Source: the human T2T-CHM13v2.0 reference genome, Homo sapiens. Taken from it: DNA of 64,000 bases. Made by a program: the position numbers and the translations under genes. Positions 27,501-40,621 of the stretch are shown piece after piece (position 1 is the stretch's first letter; every line of letters starts with the position of its first letter). The notes under the pieces are model-generated. The model did not search any database. It had not been told where the DNA came from and saw only the letters and a program-made list of their open reading frames with translations. The stretch lies in assembly GCF_009914755.1 (NCBI RefSeq), contig NC_060947.1. One strand, written 5' to 3'.

Positions 27501-29097
27501 CTCTACATATCAGTCACATCAACAGTCTTCTCAAAAAATATGAAAATGAATTAATTTGCATGTTTTTGCCGAAAAAATAATCTCACAAACTTCAATTTGA
27601 CTTGTGAGGTGTTGATTTCAAGATGTGCCAGGATTTGAAGTGGATTCTAGTCATAATACAACTAGGTTGCAGTTACACTTCTCTGTGATTCTATGCTCTC
27701 TCCTCCTTCTTGATTTGTCTTTATTTTCAGACTGTTTATAAGATGGATTGAGCATTTTCCAGCATCACATCCAGACATGACAAATCCAGAAGACAAAGAA
27801 TCTGTATTCCTATGACTCTTTCATAGAATTGAGAAAATGTCTCTTTAAAGTTCCTCAGATTTTTTTCTTATATTATTCACCAGAATTGGTTGAATATCCA
27901 TTTCTATACTAATCATGAGCAAGCAAAATAAGGTTTTCATGATTAGCTTACATCAGTCCTTGGAAAGTCAAGCATCAAGAATATTTATAGTTATCCATTA
28001 AATACACACAAAGGCTTCCAATAATCTGTTTACTTTGATATCTTCCTGCCATCTAGTGGATTATGCATCTGGCTTATACTGGGGAAATGTAGGAAATTTT
28101 AGGTTTTCCAGCCATATTTACATGCCAAAGTGGTCTAGATGCTTACTCTTAACTTCTTTAAATAGTTCAAAAAATTACACTCAAGGTTATCTTCGCATAG
28201 AAACACCAATTCTAGCATTTGTTGAAATTGTTCAGATGGAAATATAAAAACAAAATGATGTAGCCAGACTAACTTTAAGAAGTATCACTTCTGATGTGTG
28301 TTCCTGCAATGATTGCACTTATTGACAGGTGTTATTTGTGTTTGAAATCTCCTTGTACTTATTCTTCTTCAAGTGAGATATTGAAGAAATAAAACAAAGA
28401 GGCTGGGAACCACATTTAATGCCAATCGGAAATGCACATGTAAAACAACAACAAAAATGTTCCTTATTCCTTATCTGAGTCTAGAAAGACGAATGGATAA
28501 AATGCAGTATACCCAGAATAAATCTCAAAGAAGACAATATTAAATATGAATATGGATTCAGTTTCCCCAAAGGGAAACCTATGTATGGTAGGAAAACCAG
28601 TGATTATGATGTCTAGTGCACATTCCCAAGATGACAAAATTGACTTCTTAGTAACTTTCGTTTGAAGAGGCTGGTCAGGCATTTATCCATTTTTGCTAAA
28701 CCTAGACTATGTTTTGAAATTATAAAAACAGAGAATTTAACAGTGAAAAATCATAGAACTGTTATTTTCAAGTTATATCAAGAAACTGATTCAGTCTTAA
28801 AATGAAATTGCTTAATCTACTCATGTTTTTTTGCATAAGAATTCAGTAGTCTTAGAACATTTTCTAAGAGTAAGTTTTACCTTTCCATTCTTCAAGTTTT
28901 GGACTTTGGTGCCAATAAGTCAATCCTATCATCATTTGTGCTCTGTTTCTAGGACTTTTAGGACCTCTGGAATATTTCCAGTTTAAAAGTGAGCAGAATA
29001 AAATAGCAGAATGAGCCACGAATTTTGGAAACAATGGAACTTGAGAAAGCTCTGGAGCCTTGAAAAGCTAAGCAGGAAACGACATTTTAAGAGTCTT

Positions 29098-29483
<386 letters not shown>

Positions 29484-29967
29484 TTATTAAACCATATTTT
29501 ATTTTATGTTTTAATTTTCTTCTTGATGTTTTCAACCCACAATGTTTAATGTGAGGCATTAAAATGTTATGGTTAGTTCAGAATCATATTAACATTTAAA
29601 TACTGTATGTATGTAGTCTAAAATGTATTCTTGGAAGTATTATGTATTTAAAACCTTTTTATATAATTCAAACTGATATTCAATGCAATAAATATAGATG
29701 GCACTCAGTTATCAATCCTTTTAAATATATCTTTACCATTTTGAAGGAGGTGGTTTTGCAACATTTTCTGTACTTTTGCGCTTGTGTTCTGCTTTAATCT
29801 CCTATTTATACTGATTTCAAAATAGATCCATTTAACTGTTGGCTACAATGCACAAATAGTCAAGATTAAACCTCACTATGGTTTGTTGAGTGCAGCAAAA
29901 GATAGCAAGTCTCATTTTGCTGAGGAGATTCTGGCTCTATTCAAAAGACAAAAAGGAAAAGTAATAA

Positions 29968-30365
29968 TGTAGGATTAAGCAGATTTTAATTTCCCTTGTT
30001 TCGACCTTTGACTCTTTTACCTTTTGTATTGTCTCTTTTCTGTTTTGCCCCTTTTGCTACCTCCTTCTCTCCTGAATGTTGAAAAACTGTAAGGCTTGCA
30101 AAAACAGCTATGAAAATAACTTTTCTGACAATTGCCAGGAGGAGATTGAATCAAGGATCCTGAGCAAAAGGCATAAAAAAATCATTCCAAACTAGAGTTT
30201 TCCAGTAGTTAAAAAAGAAAACTGCATCCTGTCTTGCACCGTTTTCTTCTCCAGGCTCTATAAAACTCCAGTACAGACTCAAAGTCCTTTTCTGTCTTAT
30301 GACTTTACTAAAAATTTACTGCTCTTCATTGAAGATGCTATATAAGCTGAAACTCAAAGCTTTTA
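29968..30365 (+). mobile_element. ERV1-class LTR fragment (MER34/MER39-like)
   Basis: tgtagga start; aagatgctatataagct TATA context. Confidence 0.5.
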
Positions 30366-30802
30366 GGAAGAGGGAAGGCAGAGAGCTTTCCTCCATTTTC
30401 TTCTTCTTAATTGTCTTCAGTTGAACAATCCTCCATATTTTGAACAGGCATATTCTGGTGTCCCACAGCACAAAAGTGGCATGATAATTCCTAACTCTAG
30501 TTTTCAATCTTGGGGTATGTGTACTTCATAATATATCTGAGAATCTTTAACAAAAGTAAACCTGATTTTTTTCATGTTAAATTTAAGAAATATTGATTTA
30601 TATACTATGTTTCTACCATACTAAAGAGGAGACCTCTTCTCTAATATAATTACAGAACCAAAGAGTATTCCAACTCCAAAACATTTTTTGGTTTTAGTCA
30701 CTGGAAGTTCTCACTTCTCAGATTGGCAAATGACTTCTTCTGAGCTTCTAAACAGTATCCCCAAAATGAAGCCAATGTAAGCAGCCACAAGTCTGCTGGG
30801 CA

Positions 30803-30858
30803 AAACAACAGCAGCAGCAGCAACAACAACAACAACAAAAACAAAAACAACAACAAAA
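30803..30858. repeat. Compound (CAG)n(CAA)n microsatellite
   Basis: Read directly. Confidence 0.9.
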
Positions 30859-31284
30859 TAGGCATTATCTTTCAGCTTTCAGTCCTTTTACTGGTGCTTG
30901 GTGTTATATAAAATATGGCTTTCCACTGCTATTGTAATCAACAAGTCAACAGCTTTGACTTTCACTGCACAGACATTGCGGCTTGAGCATTCCTTGCTAC
31001 CCAATAGGAATTTGTTTGCTGATGTCCTAGGAACAGGACAGAGGCAACTATTTCATCCAGGCTTTGGTCAGGAAACTAAAGAGGGAGTATAATTTTGCCA
31101 AGAAATCTACAGTTATCACTCAATTTATTATAGTGTTGCTCTCTGAGGAATGGCAGGATAAAATACATCTGGGAAAAGCAAAAGACAGTTTAATACAAAG
31201 GGAGCCCAGAAGGTTTCAGATCATTCCATTAAATCAGGGCTAGACGAGGGCCTTAGCATGAACACTGACTTCCAAAGAGGATGA

Positions 31285-31450
31285 ATAATAAAAACAACTA
31301 AACTTTATGGAGCACTTACTATGTGCCAGACAGCAATTTATATGAGATAGGTTGTATTTATTTTTTAAGAGGTGAATAAACTGAGGAAAGAATGCAAGGT
31401 CACAAATCTAGGAAGTCTTTGAGCCAGAACTTAGACCTAGATGTTCTTTC
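31285..31450 (-). mobile_element. MIR
   Basis: gagcacttactatgtgccagaca...aaactgagg...aaggtcaca. Confidence 0.75.
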
Positions 31451-33834
31451 CCTTCAGAAACCGTGATTAGATGTATTATTCCACATTATCTCTCGAGAAT
31501 ACTTGAAAAGGCTTTCTGTTTTTATTTGAAGCTGTATGTTTCACGTGTGTCAGTCAGAAGACTCTGTGAACATTAAGTAGAGTCTTTTGCCTTAGAAAAG
31601 GGGCACTTCTATGTTGGGCAAAAACTTTTTTACTCTGAACACAACTAGAATTCTTTACACTATGCCCCATGCCAATGAAAGAGATCGTGAACTTATTATA
31701 ATGCCATACATAGCTCCTATACATCTCTCAGTGGTATGGATTGTGTTCCAGTAGCGAAAACAAAGGCATTTTCTATGCAGTAATGTTTTCGCCATGAGAC
31801 CTACCCTTACTGTCTTGTTTTAAATTGCAGCCTGTGCTCATCATATACTCCAGGTCTTCACCCTAACAAAAGTCTCTAGGACAGTGAATAGAAATTCTGA
31901 AAGCCCTCTATTCAGGACCATGGTAGGACTGTACTGTACCAAACTTGCAAGTTCAGCTTGCCCATCTGATTTATTTTAGGCAATAATATATGAGCGCAAA
32001 TGACAGGTAGCACTTCTGGCTGAATCCCTTTAATAGTCAACACTTAATTTACCACTTTCTCTAACTGCTGCCACAGGAACCAGCCTTATTCCAGATGGTT
32101 GAGTGAGTAACAGAGTCTTTGTTGTTAAAGACATTAAGATTTGGAGGATAGTTATATTAGCAAGACCTAACATCTTCTCACAAATATAATTTCTTTCTAT
32201 ATGCTATAGTGTATTTATAGACTATATAATATATATACACATATATATTTTCTTTTTTATCATATAACTTATTGCATTCTAACATACTGTACAAAATTTA
32301 CTTTGTTGGTAAGTAAAGTAGTGAGTAAGCAGAAAGTAGTAAGCTTTAACCTATTATCAGAATATAAATTCCAGGATAAAAGGGGAACTTTTTCTATTTT
32401 GTTTCATATTGTGTGGCAAGCACTTAGAACATGATATGCCTGGCATATAGTAAGGGTTCAATAAGTCTTTGGAGAATGACACTATTCATAAATGATGTAA
32501 GTTTCAAAGATCATTAGGATGCGTAGGAAATGAAATTACTTGAACAATAAAGATAAATTAAGGATGTTTTAGTGATATGACAGCCCTGAAATTCCCTAAT
32601 AATGGATTTATTTCAATGGGGGAGAAATTGGTTTCATACTTTAAGCAACAAGGCTCTGGGAGCTATACATAGGACATGCAGGATTCTCAGCTCTTTCAAA
32701 AATGTAGGGGAGATAGAGATTTAGGTTTGGATTTTATAGACCTATGGAGGACCTCTTGAATCAAATATTATTTGAATGAAAATGAGTTTAGTTTATGAAG
32801 TTTGTCAGATTCAATTTGAAAAGCAAATTACAAATTAAAACACACCCACTTCGTGTAATAATTTTTAAAAATAATCTTAATAGTTTTTTTAATTTCATAG
32901 TTTTTAAAAATTTACATTGCACTATCCACAAGCTTCATCTGAGATAGGTAAAATATAATTGAAATTTCAATATTTAGACTAATTATTTGTATTATTAAGA
33001 GAGGAATCCTAAGGCAGATGACCTTTTGATTAGAATAATCATAACTATCTTAAGCAAAGGTAGCTGGCATAGACTAGTCTAGAATGGAGGTTGAGAAGTA
33101 GATTACTTCAGGTATCAAGTAATAGGCTTTAGAATCTATTCTTGCCTAGCTAATCTCTTAGGGTCTGGGGGCCTTAGAACAGACAAGAGAGGAAGCAGTC
33201 AATATATAGTTTAAGGGAGAAAAATGGCCACTGAGGCACAAAATAACAGAAAGATTCAGAAAACTTAGAGAGCAATGATTTCTTAGTCTCAATTTTAAGT
33301 GGATTTCTAGTCCATGCTATTCTGTACTCTGCCTTATCACAAAGTCTTTTGCGCACATTCTTGTGTTGGTTCTACACTGAAGAAAGAAGGAGGCTGGTGA
33401 AGATGAAATGTGGAGTAACATGAGTGGAAAAAAAGATCAACAGTGATAGAGAAACAAGCAGGGACTCAATCTTTTTGGTGAACAGAAAGTCAGTGTCAAG
33501 GAGAACATAACATCCATGAGAGTCCATAAAAAATCTTGAAGACTCCAAATTTCCAAATTCAGGGTAAAAAAGTACAAGGTAAAGACTTACTGTTTAAATG
33601 AAATCTCTAGTAAGTAAAGTAAAATTCATTTACTCACCTGTTTTTAAAATTAGGGGGAAAAAGCTTTCTATACTCAGATAAAGAATATGACATACACCCA
33701 GGTGTGACATCCTTTATATGAATGCATAAAAGCTCAAAGTTAGATGTGAATGAAATTAAAACAATGTAAGCCCTTATTCTCTCATCCACTCAAATTTACC
33801 TCTGGAGAGGTAAACATAATTAAGAAATTTTAAA

Positions 33835-34235
33835 TTTGCAGATTGGGTTCTGTGGAAAGCTGACTCTGAAAATGAGTTTTTTTGTATGAGAGTTTATGAT
33901 CAACATCTGTGGAAGGAATTGAAGGATGTAGAATTGGTCAAAGATGGAAAGTGGGCTACAGTAAAATTTCAACCAAGGCTTCAGTAGAGCCCATGAAGAA
34001 ATCTGGGATGATCTTTCACAGTTATTCCACATTGCAGTAAGGGGGTTAGGCCTTTCTATCCTAACAATGACCAGTCACTATGTGTGGGCCCTGTGATCTT
34101 AAGAAAAGCAAGAATCTTCAAGAAAAGACTGACAGCCCACAGCTACCAGCAAGCAGCCCAACTACAAGCTAAGAAGTGGAGGGAAATTCTTTAATTCTGA
34201 GCAAGGCTCTGGGCAATACATAACAACATTCATTA
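33835..34235 (-). mobile_element. LTR16-family ERVL LTR
   Basis: gggttctgtggaaagctgactctga...gatcaacatctgtggaagg...aaggcttcag. Confidence 0.75.
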
Positions 34236-34329
34236 AAGTATCATCCTAAACATCTTATTTATGCATTTCATCATATCACATGACATATTACAATATAGTT
34301 AACACAATACAAATTAGCAAAATCATAGG

Positions 34330-34960
34330 TTCATTATACTCATTCTACTACATTTTTAAACACTAAGTCTTAGATCTTTCTTTAGTTTAACATACAAAAT
34401 TTTTATCATTCTTTTAAACAATTACTTAGTTTTCCATAGTATTGTTATACCATAAATTTCATTAACTCTTCTTATAAGAATAAACATTTATGTCGTGTTC
34501 TAATATCTTCTATTAGAGGCAATGCCACAGTGAACTTAATTGTTTAGGCTTGCATATATACAGGGTTTTTTGTAAGTATGCATTCTTAGAAATAGCATTT
34601 CTGGATCACACATATGGACAATTGTGGTACATGATGCTAAATTCTCCTTGAATTTAGGCCAAAATTCCCCTTGAATTTAGGTCAAAAATAGGTCAGTTCA
34701 CATGCCTTCGAGAGGTACATGAGACTGTGTATTTTCACAGCTCTACCAAGACTGTGTGTTGTAATTCTTTTTAGTTTTTGGCAATATGATGGAATATAAA
34801 AATATATTTTAATTTGAAGTACCCAAATTGATATGTAACTGAACTTAATTTCCCATTGTTGTACATAACTATTTGTTTTTCCTCTGAATCACCTGCTCAC
34901 ATCATTTGTCTGCCTATATTTTTTATTGTTCAACTATTTTTCTTGACATGCAGGCTTTAT
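34330..34960 (-). mobile_element. L1ME-type fragment
   Basis: T-rich degenerate ORF2 3' text such as attcttagaaatagcatttctggatca. Confidence 0.6.
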
Positions 34961-36267
34961 TTAAAGCTACTCTTTTATTTCTATTCAATATCTTATATTT
35001 TAATTTTTGTTTATGGAATCATAGGCCATAAGAATTTAAAACAAACAAAAATAACCTCAGTACACCAATACTAAAATCAGTGAATCAAACAGGAAAAATT
35101 ATAAATAGCAACCCAAATATGTTTTTCCCTTTACCAAAATTTGGAATTCATCTCCTGTTAGTGATGTTATAGCAATACAGTGTCCAAGAAGGAAAGAAAG
35201 AAATCATGCTAGGTATTTCACACAGAGGGGATGCAACGTATTGAATTCTTTATAAACATGTTGATTTAAAGTTTAACTTTTCATTTGACAGTGCAAAAAG
35301 AAAAAGAAAAGGTGGGGAAGTCAAGGAGGTCCCACCCCTTGACTTCTCAGTATTATTTTCAGGTACTTCTTTGGTCAATCCTAGAAAAAAACTGTTCAAC
35401 AAATTGTTGATCTTTAGTTTCCTCTCAATTTCTCTTTTGTTCCCCACTTATAGTATCAAAATATGTTCTTTTCCCTTAAACAAAATGTCTCTAGCAGTTT
35501 ATTTCTGCCCTGAAGCCTTCCAATCACAGAAAGAAACAATCAAAAACCCATTTATCTTGCGAAGCTATTTGTAAGATAATGAGTCAGCTCTTTTCAACCT
35601 TGCAATCTTTTAAAGAACCACAATAAAAGGAAACTACTTAAATTCTCAAATTAATTTATTCTGGAGGAAATTGGGAAGCCATGTATGTATATAAGGTGGT
35701 ATAAAAAACAGGGCAGACAGCAAGTATGTATGTTTGGGAGGGCAGTGCTTCAAATCATTCCACGTACATGTGTCATTTACTCCTCCCACAAAGATATAAA
35801 ATGCAGGAAATCAACCCACAAAGTGTAGCCAGGTTTCCTTTTCCCCTGTGAACTGGAACACTTGGAAAAAACCAGCGTGTCTAGAAAAACAAAAGATAAT
35901 GTTTTCTAAGAAAACAGTAACATGGTTTCAGCAGAAGAAAGCCATATGAGTGTGCTTAATGTTAAACATGGGAGCTAAATGTTCAATTCAAAATATTAGT
36001 TTTAACTGTTAGCCCTTTGTGCCACTTTGTGACATTAAAAATTTCATACACCTTTCAAGCCACAGTCTCTACATCAATAAAATGTGAAGATTTGACAAGT
36101 CAAGTGCCCAAATTCCTCTCAGATTTAAACGTTCTGTAGTCTATGATCCTGGCTTTCTAGGTCTTTAAGCAGTACAGCCACTCTCTTCAAAACCAGACAG
36201 CACCTCTCCCTCTGCTTTAGGGGAATTCAAGAGATATCAGATTAATGGGACACATTATGATTAGTAA

Positions 36268-36436
36268 GTCTAGAACATTGGAGTGCATCAAGTCATCTGG
36301 TGATTTTACAAAAAGACAAAAAAGCTCAGGCCCCTCCTTGAAAGTTCTGGGTCAGTAAATTTCAGTAAGGTCCCATATCCCTGCAATTTTAACAAGCTTG
36401 CCAGGTGTTTCTTATGCCTACCAAAGAACTACTGGT
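36268..36436. mobile_element. MER5-type hAT-Charlie MITE
   Basis: gtgcatcaagtcatctgg...caggccc...ctgcaattttaacaagc..ccaggtg...agaactactg. Confidence 0.75.
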
Positions 36437-36754
36437 TTCAATTTTGGCATTTATATATAATCTCTGACCTACACAGTGGTCTAATTTCAACATCAAGGGG
36501 TTAGGATAGACTTGAGTGTTTTTTTCCTCTATAATTTTTCATATATATATATATTTGCTCTTACAGTAGAAATCCATTTAAGTAAACTGCACTACTGGAA
36601 AATTAGTCTTTTCAAACTGATAGACCTTTTGCTATCACAAATTATTGACTGCTCTGGATACAATTTTGTGATTTTGAAAACTCAAGGTGTAAAATACACT
36701 TTGCAAATCTCTCTGAGAAAGATTGCTTCAGAAGTTGAGAAGCAATCAACTTTT

Positions 36755-36926
36755 GCTGGGCACAGTGGCTCATACCTGTAATCCCAGAAATTTGGGGGGC
36801 CAATGTGGGAGGACTGCTTGAGCCCAGAATTTCACTGCTTGATCCCAGCTGCAGTGAGCTGGGATCACACCACTGCACTCCAGCCGGGGCAACAGAGTGA
36901 GACTCTGTCTCAAAAAAAAAAAAAAA
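36755..36926 (+). mobile_element. Alu monomer (FRAM-like or recombined AluJ)
   Basis: Left-arm 5' start joined to right-arm 3' end and A tail; about 170 bp. Confidence 0.9.
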
Positions 36927-37679
36927 ATTTTGAGAAGTGCTGTGTGGGAGACTCCTAGCATAATGAGCAGAGAAGAGGTGCTGTCCAAAGTCACCATGGT
37001 GCCAGGATGATAGCGGTATCATTTGTATCATGGGATTTAAAATATTTGAGTTCAAACACTTCCTGAGAAAATACAAGAATCATTTTTAACGCTAATACTG
37101 AACACATCTTTGACTCTAAATCTCTCATTTTTTCTCCACTTACAAAGAAAGGAGCGTCCCTCCTCCTGAATAAAACCTAAGTAATCTGTCTCTGAATTTG
37201 ATCCCATCCAATTCTGAATCCTTAGGTCCTTTTCCCATTCTCCCATCACAGACATTATAGCACCTTCCCATCTCTCCTTCATTTATGATGGTTTTTGTCT
37301 ACTTTGAGATATGCACTGGTCTCCTCATCCTTTGTCAGATAAAAAATGACTGTTACCTGCATCTGCTGCTTCCTCTAATACACTCCTGTTCCTCACCTTC
37401 CTTTCACTACCAAACATTTCACATAAAAGTTCATGAATTACTTCACTCATCTTCTCCATAAAAACCAGCCTTCTTATTTATGTTATTCTGAATACCAAAA
37501 TGCACAAAATCTAGTTCTCTCTCTCTCTTTATATATCTATACGTATAGGAAGGTAGATAAATATAGATATATCTAATTAGCTAAATCCAATGCCTTTTCT
37601 GCCTTCTTCACATTTCTTCACCTACTTTGTATTTTTGCTAAATATGTCACTATTCACCCACCCACTCTGATCAATGAAA

Positions 37680-38090
37680 ATGTTAGTATTACTACAATAG
37701 CAAATAAACTGTGTTTCACTTGTCACTAAGTACAAAACTTTAGTGGCTTAAAATAGCATATGTGTTTCTCTCTCATGAAATAAGACCAACATGGGTTAGT
37801 TGTGGAATGTGGAAGAGAGGACTCAGCTCATCAACATTCAGGGACTCAAGATGGAAGAATGGTGACCTCTTGAATATTATCATTTACCAAACCAGATAAA
37901 ACTCTAAAGTGTCTCACACCAATTATTAATTTCTTCAGCCTAGAAGTTGCACATGTCAAGTTCTCTCACACAATATTGTCCAAAATTACACAGCCCACCA
38001 AACCATAGATAGTCCAGGAAATGAGATCTCCCAGTTGCTTAAAAAGTAAAGAACCAGAAATATCTTGTGAGATGCATAATCCATACCACA
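37680..38090 (-). mobile_element. MLT1 (K/L-like) LTR
   Basis: cttagtggcttaaaa...ttcagggactcaagatgga...cagcctagaagt...ccataccaca. Confidence 0.65.
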
Positions 38091-40056
38091 AATATTTTTA
38101 AAAATCCTAGGCTTACTTAATACTAAATTAGTATGGTGTTCCACTTTGGTTTATTTTATATTTCTTCTTACACTGCCCCCACATACTGTAATAACCCTAT
38201 ATTCTACTCTTTCTGCACTAACACTCCTATAGACCTCACCAACTTTCATGTAGTTAATTATCTCTTCTATGTCAATAATTTTTAACCTATATTTTCAAAT
38301 ATTCTTCTACTACTTGTATCACTCAATAGCAGACAGGGTATGTGAAATAGGTCCTGGAAAGTGACTTCACTTTATGATGAAGTCACATTATTAAAAAGCT
38401 GTCCTATAACATCATAAGTTCCATAAGCAAAGGCTTAAGAATGAGAGCTCTTCAGTGGTAACACAACAGGAAATATCATCTTGGGATACAGGGAGATAGA
38501 TGGCTACATCTTTCCCTTCAATTTTTCAAATAATAGACTGTATTGTATCTGATAAGAGAAGATTTATAATCAAATACAGCAAATATATTTCAGCACATAC
38601 TGTGTGTCAGACTTTGTGTTAGGAGTGTTCACGTTTATTGTCTTGCTTAATCCTTACAGCAATAAAAGAATCTAATGATTTAAGATAAGAATATAGAGGT
38701 TTAATAATAAAGAGAATAAAATAAGTCTTAGGAAAAAGCAGAAATACTTTAGAACTTTCCACCCAATCTCATTCACAAGTAACTTTGTGATAATTACTGT
38801 AAAGGCAGAATGGTTTGAATACCAAGACCTCTGACTGTAGACATTCCTATTGCAGGCAACATTTTAAAAATTTCATTCGATGGATCTCATGATCTAGTAG
38901 TAAAATTGCTATGCAGCGTTTTAAACACAAAACTATAAATACTTTATGAATTATCTAAGAAATTTTCAAATTTAATTTCTACTATATGTGATTTTTTGGT
39001 CACCCCATCTCTGCAAGGTAACATGCAAATCTGTCACATATGTATACTTCCTGTAATTAGGACAACTAAGATTCCCACTTCCATACAGTGACATTGATTC
39101 ATAACCTTTTTCTATAACAAAACAATGGCACTTTTTACATAATACCACAGTTATAACATAAGTGTGAGGAGGTAACTCTGTTACCTCCTCAAATATTTTT
39201 CTACTCCCACTAGCAGCCGCAGATAGAAATCCTATAAAACACAGTATTTTAAAAGAGACAAAGTGACAGCTAATATACCATAAATAAGGGGAGTCCATCT
39301 GTATAGAGGACCAAATATAACTTTCTGTCTGACACATTCCCACTACTCAGCCCTTCTGCAAATGCAGAGACAAGTTACTTGTTTCAGTCTTTAAAAAATG
39401 TGTCATTAACCCAGAAGCTTTGCCCTGTTCTTTTGCCTCCAATCTGCTTTATCACCATTTGCATAATTAGTCCATCTGAGTACTACTTTGTTGCCTGTAC
39501 CCCCAGATCTATTCTACCAATGCCAGCAGGAGGACCAGAAGGGGCTCAAGGAATCATGCACTCTATCATTTTATAAAAGGAGAAGCTCTGGTTCTTAATT
39601 GATCATTACAGCAGTTACAGATGAAGGGATTGAACCCAACTGTGTGTTAACATTGTCAAAGGAACATGTAACTAGATTCTACCAGGAAAATTCAACAAAA
39701 GTTTAGCCTTTCCATTTTTAACTGTGGCTACAATTTTCAATGCAGTATTTTCAGGACAAAAATGTAGTCCCTAAAAAATGTTCTCCTCCTGTGTTGAGGG
39801 CTACAGAAATGAGTACTTTCAGAATATAGCAAATTTTACAGATGGCATCATGAAATACCGTATTTTCTCTTTCTTTTCATGCTATACTATGCTTGCCTCT
39901 TACTTACCTTACTGATCCTCTTTTATTTCTTTCTATTAACGTCTGTTCTATGGTTTCTTTTTATCCTGACAGTGTTTTGATATCTCCTAACTCAAAATTT
40001 TTGGCTAGTTCTCCTAACTTCTGTTCTTAGCTCTCTTCTCTAATGTAATATTTCTA

Positions 40057-40357
<301 letters not shown>

Positions 40358-40409
40358 TGAAAATTGTTTCCATAGCCTTATAATCTGGGAGAAGCTGAGG
40401 TTAAAAAGT

Positions 40410-40600
40410 TTAAGAACATAATAATTAAGGTTAATAAATCTGGATAGGGTTAAACTTCAGCTCCATCACTTACTAAATATGTTTTAATTTCCTCTTACAT
40501 AAAATGAGGATATGGCAACATAATTCATGTGATTATTGCAAAGATCCCATTAAAAATATTTGTAAAGCACTGAACACAGTGCTTGGCACATAGTGTTTAC
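40410..40600 (+). mobile_element. MIR
   Basis: cagctccatcacttacta...aaaatgaggat...tgtaaagcactgaacacagtgcttggcacatagt. Confidence 0.8.
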
Positions 40601-40621
40601 AGAATTTGAGGGCAAGTAACT

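Noticed and set aside
38972-39343. 123-aa minus-strand ORF in unique DNA
   Set aside because: No recognisable domain or convincing splice context; length is compatible with chance
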